Source: Candidatus Zixiibacteriota bacterium
GTDB lineage: Bacteria; Zixibacteria; MSB-5A5; GN15; JAAZOE01
Direction: 5' to 3'
Assembly (NCBI GenBank): GCA_043819555.1
Contig: JBDREQ010000057.1
Coordinates: 1 to 13,414, forward strand
Length of the DNA stretch: 13,414 nt
This document shows positions 6,676 through 13,414 of the stretch, piece by piece; position 1 is the stretch's first letter; every line of letters begins with the position of its first letter. The notes under the pieces were generated by a model. It did not search any database. It was not told where the DNA came from and saw nothing but the letters and a program-made list of their open reading frames with translations. Position numbers and translations under genes: made by a program.

Positions 6676-8856
6676 TTATAATTCACTCATCAGTTGTTCC
6701 GCTTCTTCTTTAAGCGGTGATTGCAAATCAAGCTGTAAAGCCGTTTGTAGATACTTGCGGGCTTCGATACTGTTTTCCAATTTGACAAATGTTTTCCCAA
6801 GATGGAAATTCAATTCAGCGTCCTTGGGAAACAAAATCGTGCCATTGTAAAATTGCAGGCGGGCCAGTTTGTATTTTTCAAGCGCGGTGTAAACTTTTCC
6901 AGTGAGCAAATATGCCGCCCGTTTATCATGATAATAGTACAGCGCATAAGTGGCCAAACCTTCGGCCTTCTTCAGGTTTTCGCCCGTTTCCAAATAATGC
7001 TTGGTCACATAATAATACGCGTACCCGCTGCGGTATTTCATATCAACCACTTTATTAAAATAAATCATCGCCGAATCCGCCTGTCCTTGTTCGAGATACC
7101 AGGCGCCCAATAAATCAAGAGCCTGGCCGTTTGCTGTGTCAAACGCCAATGCCTTTTGCAAATCATCATAGGCTGGGTGAATCATACCATGACCGTGTTC
7201 AAATTGAGCTCTAAGGAAATAGCTCTGCGATTCATCAGGATAGCGCTCGACAAAATCTGTGAATAAATCGTATGCCTCATCCGGCAATTCCAATTCTACA
7301 TATGTCTCAGACAAGGCGGTTAGATATGGGATGTACTCCCGGCTCCGATTGTACAAAATTTCGGCCGTAGCTTTGGCCTTTTTCCAATTGCCCGTTTTTT
7401 GATATGCTTCCAGCTGCATCTCAAGAAACGCCATGTCATGGCGCACTCGATAAGGCGCGTTTTCGGATAATTCAATGGCGGCATCATATTTTTTTTGCTT
7501 CAAATATATTCTGCCCAGTTTGTGATAGTAATCAGGTTTATAATAAGAAAAATCGGCCAGTCGCTGGTATAAACGTTCGGCTTCTTTGTAGTTGCGCAAC
7601 CTATAATAATAATGAGCCGCCAATTCCAACCAATCCCGATCATCCCATTTAATCGAAACGCTGTCATCGACAATCATTTTCGCTGAATCACCCACATCAC
7701 CGGTGGCATACATCATGTGCGCTTTGAAAAATTCCATATCAGGCAGAGTGGTGAAGACATCGACAAATTCGAGATACCGGGTATGAGCGTCATCCATTTG
7801 CTGATTATCCAGCAAACCATTTATCAATGGCACGAAAAGATGCCTCAGGTAATCATCGGGATAACGCAAATTATTCGCCAAATCAAATGCCACCTTGAAA
7901 TGTGACGTGACAGCCATCGAATCGCCAAAATAAAGATAATAATTCGCTTTCGCTTCATATGCCACCGGGGTGTTGATATAAGATGCCATGAATTTATTGT
8001 ACGCAATTTCAGCTTCCCCGTATTGACCCAGCATTCTATGGGCATAAGCGGCGAAAGCATAAGCGGGGCCGCAATTGTCATGCTTATCTGTTATTTCTTG
8101 GGATAGTGACAATGCCTCCTTCGGTTGGCGGGCATCAATTAATGATTTAATTAGGCCCAGTTTCAATTGAATATTGTCAGAGTTGTTCTGCGATTGTTGA
8201 CGGGCGTAATAAAGCGCCGAATCGCTCATATTTAAATATCTGTAAAGCTCTATTAAATAATTAAATTGCTCTTCCGTCTCAAAATCCAAACCGGACAGGT
8301 TCACCAGGCTATTTACAATTGTTGAATCATCCGCGGAACGAAACGTGAGTTCGGCCTTTGCCAGATAAATAATTTTGCCGTCGGTTGTTTTTGCCTCGGC
8401 TCGATCAATATAGAATTGAGCGCTGTCAAAAATATTCTGGCGCATAAATAAACCTGCGGCATAAAGATCGTATTTATAATTTTCCGGATACTTTTTTAAA
8501 AGGATACGATTCATCAAGTGGCCATTTTGAAAATAGCCCAGCTTAATAGCAAGTTGAGTAAATTTTTCCATAGCCGGTAAAAATCCCGCGTCCCGAGGCG
8601 AGGCATCAAGATTGCCTATTAATGCGTCCCATTCCAACCCCTGATATTCATTCAACAAGGCCCGGCAATATAACGCTTCGGGACTGAGACTGTCGGCCAT
8701 TCGATAATCATTCGCAATATTCTCAGCCGCCGAATAATTTCCCCTCTCCAATTCCCATTCAATTCGTTCGAGATTATTTTCAGGCGCTTTATCGCATCCT
8801 GATAAGACCAGCAAAACTATAAAAAGACATGCCCCTGCATTTGCGAGTAATTTCAT
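6676..8856 (-). CDS. Large tetratricopeptide-repeat lipoprotein (726 aa)
   Basis: Start moved to ATG 8856, preceded by GGGAG, giving MKLLANAGACLFIVLLVLSG-C with an LSGC lipobox. Helical TPR-like repeats run throughout (e.g. YYHKLGRIYLKQKKYDAAIE, LNFHLGKTFVKLENSIEARKYLQTALQL). Confidence 0.85.
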   Translation of the reverse strand: MKLLANAGACLFIVLLVLSGCDKAPENNLERIEWELERGNYSAAENIANDYRMADSLSPEALYCRALLNEYQGLEWDALIGNLDASPRDAGFLPAMEKFTQLAIKLGYFQNGHLMNRILLKKYPENYKYDLYAAGLFMRQNIFDSAQFYIDRAEAKTTDGKIIYLAKAELTFRSADDSTIVNSLVNLSGLDFETEEQFNYLIELYRYLNMSDSALYYARQQSQNNSDNIQLKLGLIKSLIDARQPKEALSLSQEITDKHDNCGPAYAFAAYAHRMLGQYGEAEIAYNKFMASYINTPVAYEAKANYYLYFGDSMAVTSHFKVAFDLANNLRYPDDYLRHLFVPLINGLLDNQQMDDAHTRYLEFVDVFTTLPDMEFFKAHMMYATGDVGDSAKMIVDDSVSIKWDDRDWLELAAHYYYRLRNYKEAERLYQRLADFSYYKPDYYHKLGRIYLKQKKYDAAIELSENAPYRVRHDMAFLEMQLEAYQKTGNWKKAKATAEILYNRSREYIPYLTALSETYVELELPDEAYDLFTDFVERYPDESQSYFLRAQFEHGHGMIHPAYDDLQKALAFDTANGQALDLLGAWYLEQGQADSAMIYFNKVVDMKYRSGYAYYYVTKHYLETGENLKKAEGLATYALYYYHDKRAAYLLTGKVYTALEKYKLARLQFYNGTILFPKDAELNFHLGKTFVKLENSIEARKYLQTALQLDLQSPLKEEAEQLMSEL

Positions 8857-8982
8857 CAATTTTTTCTCCCATTGGCACAATAAATCATTAATTCCTTTTA
8901 CACCCTTCAAATCAACAATATCGGAAATTTAATTTATTTTTCCTGCCCAAGCAAATTATATGCGAAAATAATAACTTTTTTA

Positions 8983-9010
8983 TTGTCAGAATCGAATACT
9001 AGTATATATT
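8983..9010 (+). promoter_or_regulatory. Candidate sigma70 promoter of lptB (possibly leaderless)
   Basis: TTGTCA-N16-TATATT ends 6 nt before the lptB ATG, and there is no Shine-Dalgarno sequence. Confidence 0.5.
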
Positions 9011-9016
9011 TTAAAT

Positions 9017-9742
9017 ATGGCAGAATTAAAAGCTGAGAATCTGGTAAAAATCTATGGCCGCCGTCAGGTCGTAAGCGGTGTTTCAATAGATGTAAAACCC
9101 GGAGAAGTCGTTGGCCTGCTTGGTCCCAACGGAGCCGGGAAAACGACAACGTTTTATATGATCATGGGATTTATCAAACCTGAATCGGGTGAAGTGTTCC
9201 TGGGCGAGGAGAGAATGACCAAAATGCCGATGTATCGCCGGGCTCGTAAAGGGATCGGATACTTACCCCAGGAAAGTTCAGTTTTTCGCAAATTATCGGT
9301 CGAAGATAATGTTATGGCAATCCTGGAATTGCAGAATTTATCCCGTAAAGACCGGCGGGCCAAATTGGAAAATCTTCTTGACGAACTGGATATTTCTCAT
9401 TTACGAAAATCCAAAGCCTATAATTTGTCGGGTGGGGAAAGAAGGCGGGTTGAAATTACCAGGGCAATGGCCATTGAACCTTTATATATGCTCCTGGATG
9501 AGCCTTTTGCAGGGATTGACCCGATTGCCGTAGAGGATATCCAAAATATAATAAAAAGACTGATAGGCAAAGGCCTCGGCATTTTGATTACCGACCATAA
9601 TGTGCGCGAAACATTATCAATCTGTTCTCGTGCGTATATTATGTGCGATGGAAAAATCCTGACGTCTGGGACTTCAGAGTATTTAGTGTCCGACCCGGAT
9701 GCCCGGAAAGTATATCTGGGAGAGAAATTCAAGCTGAATTAG
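9017..9742 (+). CDS. lptB: LPS export ABC transporter ATP-binding protein LptB
   Basis: 241 aa with [60 protein letters not shown] and VYLGEKF. Conserved position upstream of rpoN. Confidence 0.97.
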   Translation: MAELKAENLVKIYGRRQVVSGVSIDVKPGEVVGLLGPNGAGKTTTFYMIMGFIKPESGEVFLGEERMTKMPMYRRARKGIGYLPQESSVFRKLSVEDNVMAILELQNLSRKDRRAKLENLLDELDISHLRKSKAYNLSGGERRRVEITRAMAIEPLYMLLDEPFAGIDPIAVEDIQNIIKRLIGKGLGILITDHNVRETLSICSRAYIMCDGKILTSGTSEYLVSDPDARKVYLGEKFKLN

Positions 9743-9772
9743 GCAAATAATGAGCAGAATTACACCAAATGA

Positions 9773-9799
9773 TTAGGTTTGTATCGAAAAGGTCGATAA
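9773..9799 (+). promoter_or_regulatory. Sigma28 (FliA/SigD)-type promoter candidate or palindromic operator upstream of rpoN
   Basis: TTAGGTTT-N11-GTCGATAA versus consensus TAAAGTTT-N11-GCCGATAA (6/8 and 7/8, exact spacer). Contains the palindrome TATCGA-N5-TCGATA (9782-9798). Confidence 0.5.
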
Positions 9800-9853
9800 T
9801 TGGATTAGATACGATATTTTCTTAAAAACTGTTAATTTGCAACGGGAAAAAGT

Positions 9854-11263
9854 ATGAAATTAGGACTTCAGCTAAGATTAAAGCAGACTCTGGCGCCACA
9901 ATTAATTCAATCTTTGAAAATGCTTCAAATGCCTATTTTGAAGCTGGAACAAACTCTGCGCCATGAACTTGCAACTAACCCACTGCTCGAAGAGGCTGTT
10001 GAACTGGAATCTGAACTCGAGCAAGAGGCTGAGTTTGATGTCGCCGCATCTGAAAACAGCGAGAGTGATGATTCCGAGGAAGAAAAAATCGACTGGGATG
10101 ACTATCTGCGCCACAATGATGAATATGATTATAGGCTCAAAGATAAAAAAGAATCAAACGAGGACACTTTTCTTGCCACGACTTCCGGGGAAAAATCCCT
10201 ATACGATCATCTCCTTGAACAATTATCCTACCTAAAATTATCTAAGGAAGAGTCTGAAATTGGCCAATATATTCTGGGAAATATTGATTCTTCAGGATAC
10301 ATTGTTGTCACGCCAGCCGAAATGGCTGAAGAACTTGAAGTCTCTCAGGATATAATTGAGGGCATACTTGAACAGATTAAAAAATTTGACCCAATCGGGG
10401 TTGGTTCCAAAAATCTAAAAGAATCCCTTCTGACCCAGCTCAAGGAGAAAGGGCTTGAAAAATCTTTGGCCTTCCGCATTGTCAATGAGCATCTATATGA
10501 CCTTGAAAAAAAATCCATACTCCAAGTATCCAAAATTATGGGCGTTCCCTTCGAAAAAGCCCAAGCGGCCCTTGATTTAATAAAATCCCTGTCGCCAACC
10601 CCAGCTTATGGGAGATTCCATATGGCGGCGGCTTCAATTGTGCCGGATTTAATTATAGAGAGAGTAGGAGATGGTTTTGCGGTATTTCATAATGACAGAA
10701 ATGCGCCGAGATTACGCATTAACCCATCTTATAAATCTCTGGTCAAGCGCGGCAGTACTTCTCCCATAGACACTAAGAAATATATCAATCAAAAGCTGGA
10801 ACAAGCCCGGTGGCTCTTAAACGCGATAAACCAGCGCCGCAATACCATGATCCGGGTTATGGAAGCTATTGTCGAGGAACAAATTGACTTCTTTGACAAG
10901 GGAATCGAGTTTTTAAAACCTCTGATTATGGAAGATATCGCTCAGAAAGTCGAAATGAATGTCGCGACGATTTCGCGGGTCTCCAGCGGAAAATACGTTC
11001 AAACGCCTCATGGCGTTTTTGAGATAAAATATTTCTTCAACACCGGGATTTCCCGCAGTAGTGGCGGTGAATTATCAAAACGCACCGTTAAACAACGGAT
11101 TGAGGATATTATCAAGTCGGAAAATCTGGAAAAACCTCTTTCAGACCAGGAAATTTTCCGCATGCTGCAGGAAGAAGGCATCAGACTGGCACGCCGCACA
11201 GTTACCAAATATCGAGAAGAGCTAAAAATCCTTCCGGCTCGCTTCCGACGCCGCTCAGTTTAA
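9854..11263 (+). CDS. rpoN: RNA polymerase sigma-54 factor
   Basis: Q/L-rich region I (LKQTLAPQLIQSLKMLQMP...NPLLE), acidic region II, HTH (LKPLIMEDIAQKVEMNVATISRV), KPLSDQEI and RpoN box ARRTVTKYREEL. Confidence 0.98.
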   Translation: MKLGLQLRLKQTLAPQLIQSLKMLQMPILKLEQTLRHELATNPLLEEAVELESELEQEAEFDVAASENSESDDSEEEKIDWDDYLRHNDEYDYRLKDKKESNEDTFLATTSGEKSLYDHLLEQLSYLKLSKEESEIGQYILGNIDSSGYIVVTPAEMAEELEVSQDIIEGILEQIKKFDPIGVGSKNLKESLLTQLKEKGLEKSLAFRIVNEHLYDLEKKSILQVSKIMGVPFEKAQAALDLIKSLSPTPAYGRFHMAAASIVPDLIIERVGDGFAVFHNDRNAPRLRINPSYKSLVKRGSTSPIDTKKYINQKLEQARWLLNAINQRRNTMIRVMEAIVEEQIDFFDKGIEFLKPLIMEDIAQKVEMNVATISRVSSGKYVQTPHGVFEIKYFFNTGISRSSGGELSKRTVKQRIEDIIKSENLEKPLSDQEIFRMLQEEGIRLARRTVTKYREELKILPARFRRRSV

Positions 11264-11500
11264 TATCTTTTGGGTATTGGCGGTGTATTTTTTGGGGGAT
11301 ACCAATTAAAAATTAATTGATATAATTTTCAGCGATTGCTATACTTTGACGTAGAATATATAGGCATGGTTTTATCAAGAAAGGTAATCTTCAAGATAGC
11401 AACCTTCCGGACAATCGCGTATAGTCGTATTTGTCGGGTAAATATCTTCCCGGCAGATGCTCCCCCGGCAAAGTATATCCATTTGTGGAATATAAAAAAT

Positions 11501-11517
11501 TTGGCGACTGGTTCGCA
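11501..11517 (+). promoter_or_regulatory. Sigma54 -24/-12 promoter upstream of hpf
   Basis: TTGGCGACTGGTTCGCA has GG (11503-4)-N10-GC (11515-6) with exact spacing. Predicted TSS is near 11528, followed by the AGGAGG RBS and ATG 11552. Confidence 0.6.
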
Positions 11518-11551
11518 CGTTTTTGGCAAATATTAAACAGGAGGCCGTTAT

Positions 11552-11911
11552 ATGAATACAAAAGTTACCGCCCGCCATTTTGAATTAACGCCTGAATTAA
11601 AAAGCCTGGCACAGCAAAACTTTGATGATCTTAAAAAATTCTTTAACAATATAATCTCCTGTGATCTAACGCTTGATGTGGAGCGGCACCGGAAAATGGC
11701 CGAACTGCATGTTCAGGTTTTTGGACAGACTTTGCGTTCAACCGGGGATTCTGACGATATGTATGTTTCAATAGAATCCGCCTTTGATAAGGCGCGAACT
11801 CAAATTATAAAATACAAGGGCAAGCTGAAAAAGAAAAATCCAAAAGAAATCTCATCAGCCCAAATTAATGCTGCAAAACCGAAAACAGATGATGAAGCGG
11901 TAGATTTTTAA
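11552..11911 (+). CDS. hpf: Ribosome hibernation promoting factor (HPF/RaiA, sigma54 modulation protein family)
   Basis: MNTKVTARHFELTPELK...DMYVSIESAFDKARTQIIKYKGK matches the S30AE domain. Strong AGGAGG RBS and conserved position after rpoN. Short form with a Lys-rich then acidic tail. Confidence 0.93.
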   Translation: MNTKVTARHFELTPELKSLAQQNFDDLKKFFNNIISCDLTLDVERHRKMAELHVQVFGQTLRSTGDSDDMYVSIESAFDKARTQIIKYKGKLKKKNPKEISSAQINAAKPKTDDEAVDF

Positions 11912-11922
11912 GGAGGCTGCTT

Positions 11923-12894
11923 TTGCCGGATATCACGGTTCAAACCGTATTTAACGAACGAAAAGATTTTTTGTTATTGACTCTCCTTAATTCTGAAGAG
12001 GGGCTAAAAAAACGCGTTGAAACGGCTGAAATTCTCCGCCCGGGTCTTGCTCTGGCCGGGTTTCTCGATCGCTTTACTGCTATTAGAACTCAGATATTGG
12101 GTCAGACCGAGATGGCCTATGTTACCAGTATCTCTCGGGAATCGTTGGTTGAGAACCTCGAGAAGATTATTACTCCCCATACTCCGATGATCATCATTTC
12201 CAAAGGCATAATTCCCCCCAAAGAAATGCTGGCCCTGGCCGACCGCAAGAAAACCGCCGTTTTTTCATCGAGACTGTCCACGACCGAACTTATCAGCCGC
12301 CTCTCGGCATATCTCGACAATAAATTTGCCCCGACCATTACCGTCCACGGTACGCTCGTGGACGTTTACGGCGTTGGCTTGCTCTACACCGGCAAATCCG
12401 GCGTCGGCAAATCGGAATGCGCCCTTGATTTAATCGAGCGCGGACACCGTCTTGTCGCCGACGACGTTATCAAAATCACCCGCAAATCGGCCAACTATAT
12501 CGTCGGGACATCCTCCCAGCTACTCGGTCAGCACATGGAGGTACGCGGGATCGGCATCATTGATATTCAGGCTTTATTCGGTATCCGGGCCATAAGACTC
12601 CAGAAGCGCATCGAGGTCGAGGTGCGTCTGCAATACTGGGAAGATACTGCTCATTATGAGCGCCTTGGCATTGAGGACAAATACACTTCAATACTGGGCG
12701 TGGAAATTCCGATGGTTACGATACCGGTTTCGCCGGGCAAAAATATTACCGTAATTTCAGAAGTCATTGCCATGAATCACATGCTCAAGGTTTACGGCGA
12801 ACATTCGGCCCAGGATTTCTCCAAGCGCCTCAGCGAAAAGATCGCCTCCGGCTCCTCTATGATTCAGGAATATCTGGAATCAGATATGGAGTAG
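11923..12894 (+). CDS. hprK: HPr(Ser) kinase/phosphorylase
   Basis: RPGLALAGF, HGTLVDVYGVGLL, Walker A GKSGVGKSECALDLIERGHRLVADD, signature HMEVRGIGIIDI and IPVSPGKN. TTG start after TAAGGAGG, whose TAA is the hpf stop codon. Confidence 0.97.
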   Translation: MPDITVQTVFNERKDFLLLTLLNSEEGLKKRVETAEILRPGLALAGFLDRFTAIRTQILGQTEMAYVTSISRESLVENLEKIITPHTPMIIISKGIIPPKEMLALADRKKTAVFSSRLSTTELISRLSAYLDNKFAPTITVHGTLVDVYGVGLLYTGKSGVGKSECALDLIERGHRLVADDVIKITRKSANYIVGTSSQLLGQHMEVRGIGIIDIQALFGIRAIRLQKRIEVEVRLQYWEDTAHYERLGIEDKYTSILGVEIPMVTIPVSPGKNITVISEVIAMNHMLKVYGEHSAQDFSKRLSEKIASGSSMIQEYLESDME

Positions 12895-12950
12895 ATAATA
12901 TCCCCACAGGCAAATGGGGCCACACTGTCATGAGCGTTTTTTCTTAAGAG

Positions 12951-12959
12951 TTATCCACA
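12951..12959 (+). promoter_or_regulatory. Perfect DnaA box
   Basis: TTATCCACA in an AT-rich intergenic region between convergent genes. Confidence 0.5.
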
Positions 12960-13178
12960 TTATTTATCTGTAAAATTCTTGTAATATCATATCTCCTTAT
13001 TGGTTACAGCGAATTGGGTTCGTTTTGTCCTTTTTAGTACTTGTCAATAGACGTCTTTCCCATCGAACAAAACCAATTCACATAGACAATTCCATTCAAT
13101 AATGCGATTGTTCTAAGTAATTGCGGTGTATTTGATGGGTTATTGCAAATGTTCACTGCGGGAATTTTCACAGTATTG

Positions 13179-13227
13179 GCGGGAACCAACCATCCTCCGC
13201 GCAATGCGGGGAGTGACAGTGGGCTAC
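13179..13227 (-). repeat. REP-like palindrome (GTRG-hairpin-TTCCCGC family, copy B)
   Basis: Minus strand reads GTAG-CCCACTGTC-A-CTCCCCGC-att-GCGCGGAG-GATGGTTGG-TTCCCGC. GTAG followed by a hairpin is the canonical REP architecture. Confidence 0.6.
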
Positions 13228-13272
13228 CAGTCGTGATATCCAATTATCTATCGATTTCAAAAGCATCTAACT

Positions 13273-13305
13273 AAACAAAGGGCCGGAATAATTCCGGCCC
13301 CTGTT
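13273..13305 (-). terminator. Intrinsic terminator of the dockerin-tailed gene
   Basis: GGGCCGGAAT-a-ATTCCGGCCC (13280-13300), followed on the minus strand by TTTGTTT, 27 bp after the stop. Confidence 0.8.
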
Positions 13306-13327
13306 CTATTTCATATCAGCTCGATTT

Positions 13328-13414
13328 CTAAGGACAATTCACACCTTCGCATGGATTCGGGCCACCTTTAAAAACATAGTTGATGATAAAAACAGCATCG
13401 CCAATATCGGTCGA
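13328..13414 (-). CDS. 3' end of a protein with a C-terminal dockerin-like (EF-hand) domain; partial and absent from the ORF track
   Basis: Manual translation gives ...STDIGDAVFIINYVFKGGPNPCEGVNCP*, matching the 'D(I/V)GDAVYLINY(I/V)FKGGPAP' dockerin-like repeat I recall from Zixibacteria secreted proteins. A terminator follows. Confidence 0.85.
   Translation of the reverse strand, partial: STDIGDAVFIINYVFKGGPNPCEGVNCP

Noticed and set aside
5774..8081. Small ORFs within tsaD and the TPR gene
   Set aside because: Overlap confident genes and have no recognisable features.
8872..8887. TTGGCAC sigma54-like element between the TPR gene and lptB
   Set aside because: No GC at the required -12 position.
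8857..8910. TTG-initiated 18-aa N-terminal extension of the TPR protein
   Set aside because: ATG 8856 has a good SD and yields a canonical lipoprotein signal peptide.
11361..11377. Second sigma54-like site TAGGCATGGTTTTATCA
   Set aside because: TC instead of GC at -12.
11329..11578. Three 66-67 aa ORFs in the rpoN-hpf spacer
   Set aside because: Mutually overlapping, with no SD or domain. The region is better explained as regulatory DNA.
13034..13243. 69-aa minus-strand ORF
   Set aside because: Lies downstream of a terminator, spans the REP-like hairpin and has no RBS.
1..13414. CRISPR array, tRNA/rRNA, intact transposase/integrase or defence genes
   Set aside because: No regularly spaced direct repeats, cloverleaf structures or relevant catalytic motifs were seen by eye.

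Overview
Bacterial chromosomal window made up mostly of housekeeping and envelope genes. The taxon is probably in the FCB superphylum, most likely Zixibacteria (inference from the C-terminal dockerin-like tail cut by the right edge). Gene order: a possible partial gene at the left edge (-) behind a Fur-box-like site and a cluster of REP-like hairpins; an ABC-2 exporter pair (permease and ATPase, -); a secreted FG-GAP beta-propeller protein, a YbbR/CdaR-like protein and tsaD (+); a convergent large TPR lipoprotein (-); lptB-rpoN-hpf-hprK (+); an AT-rich intergenic region with a perfect DnaA box and another REP-like hairpin; and the 3' end of a dockerin-tailed protein (-). I see no CRISPR array, rRNA, tRNA, intact transposase or defence system. 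The most interesting signals are non-coding: (i) a dispersed GTRG-hairpin-TTCCCGC REP-like family with conserved structure but diverged stems, next to a possible RAYT relic; (ii) a layered promoter architecture, with a possibly leaderless sigma70 promoter for lptB, a sigma28-type promoter before rpoN, and a sigma54 -24/-12 promoter with candidate enhancer sites before hpf-hprK. All motif calls were made by eye and need computational or experimental confirmation.
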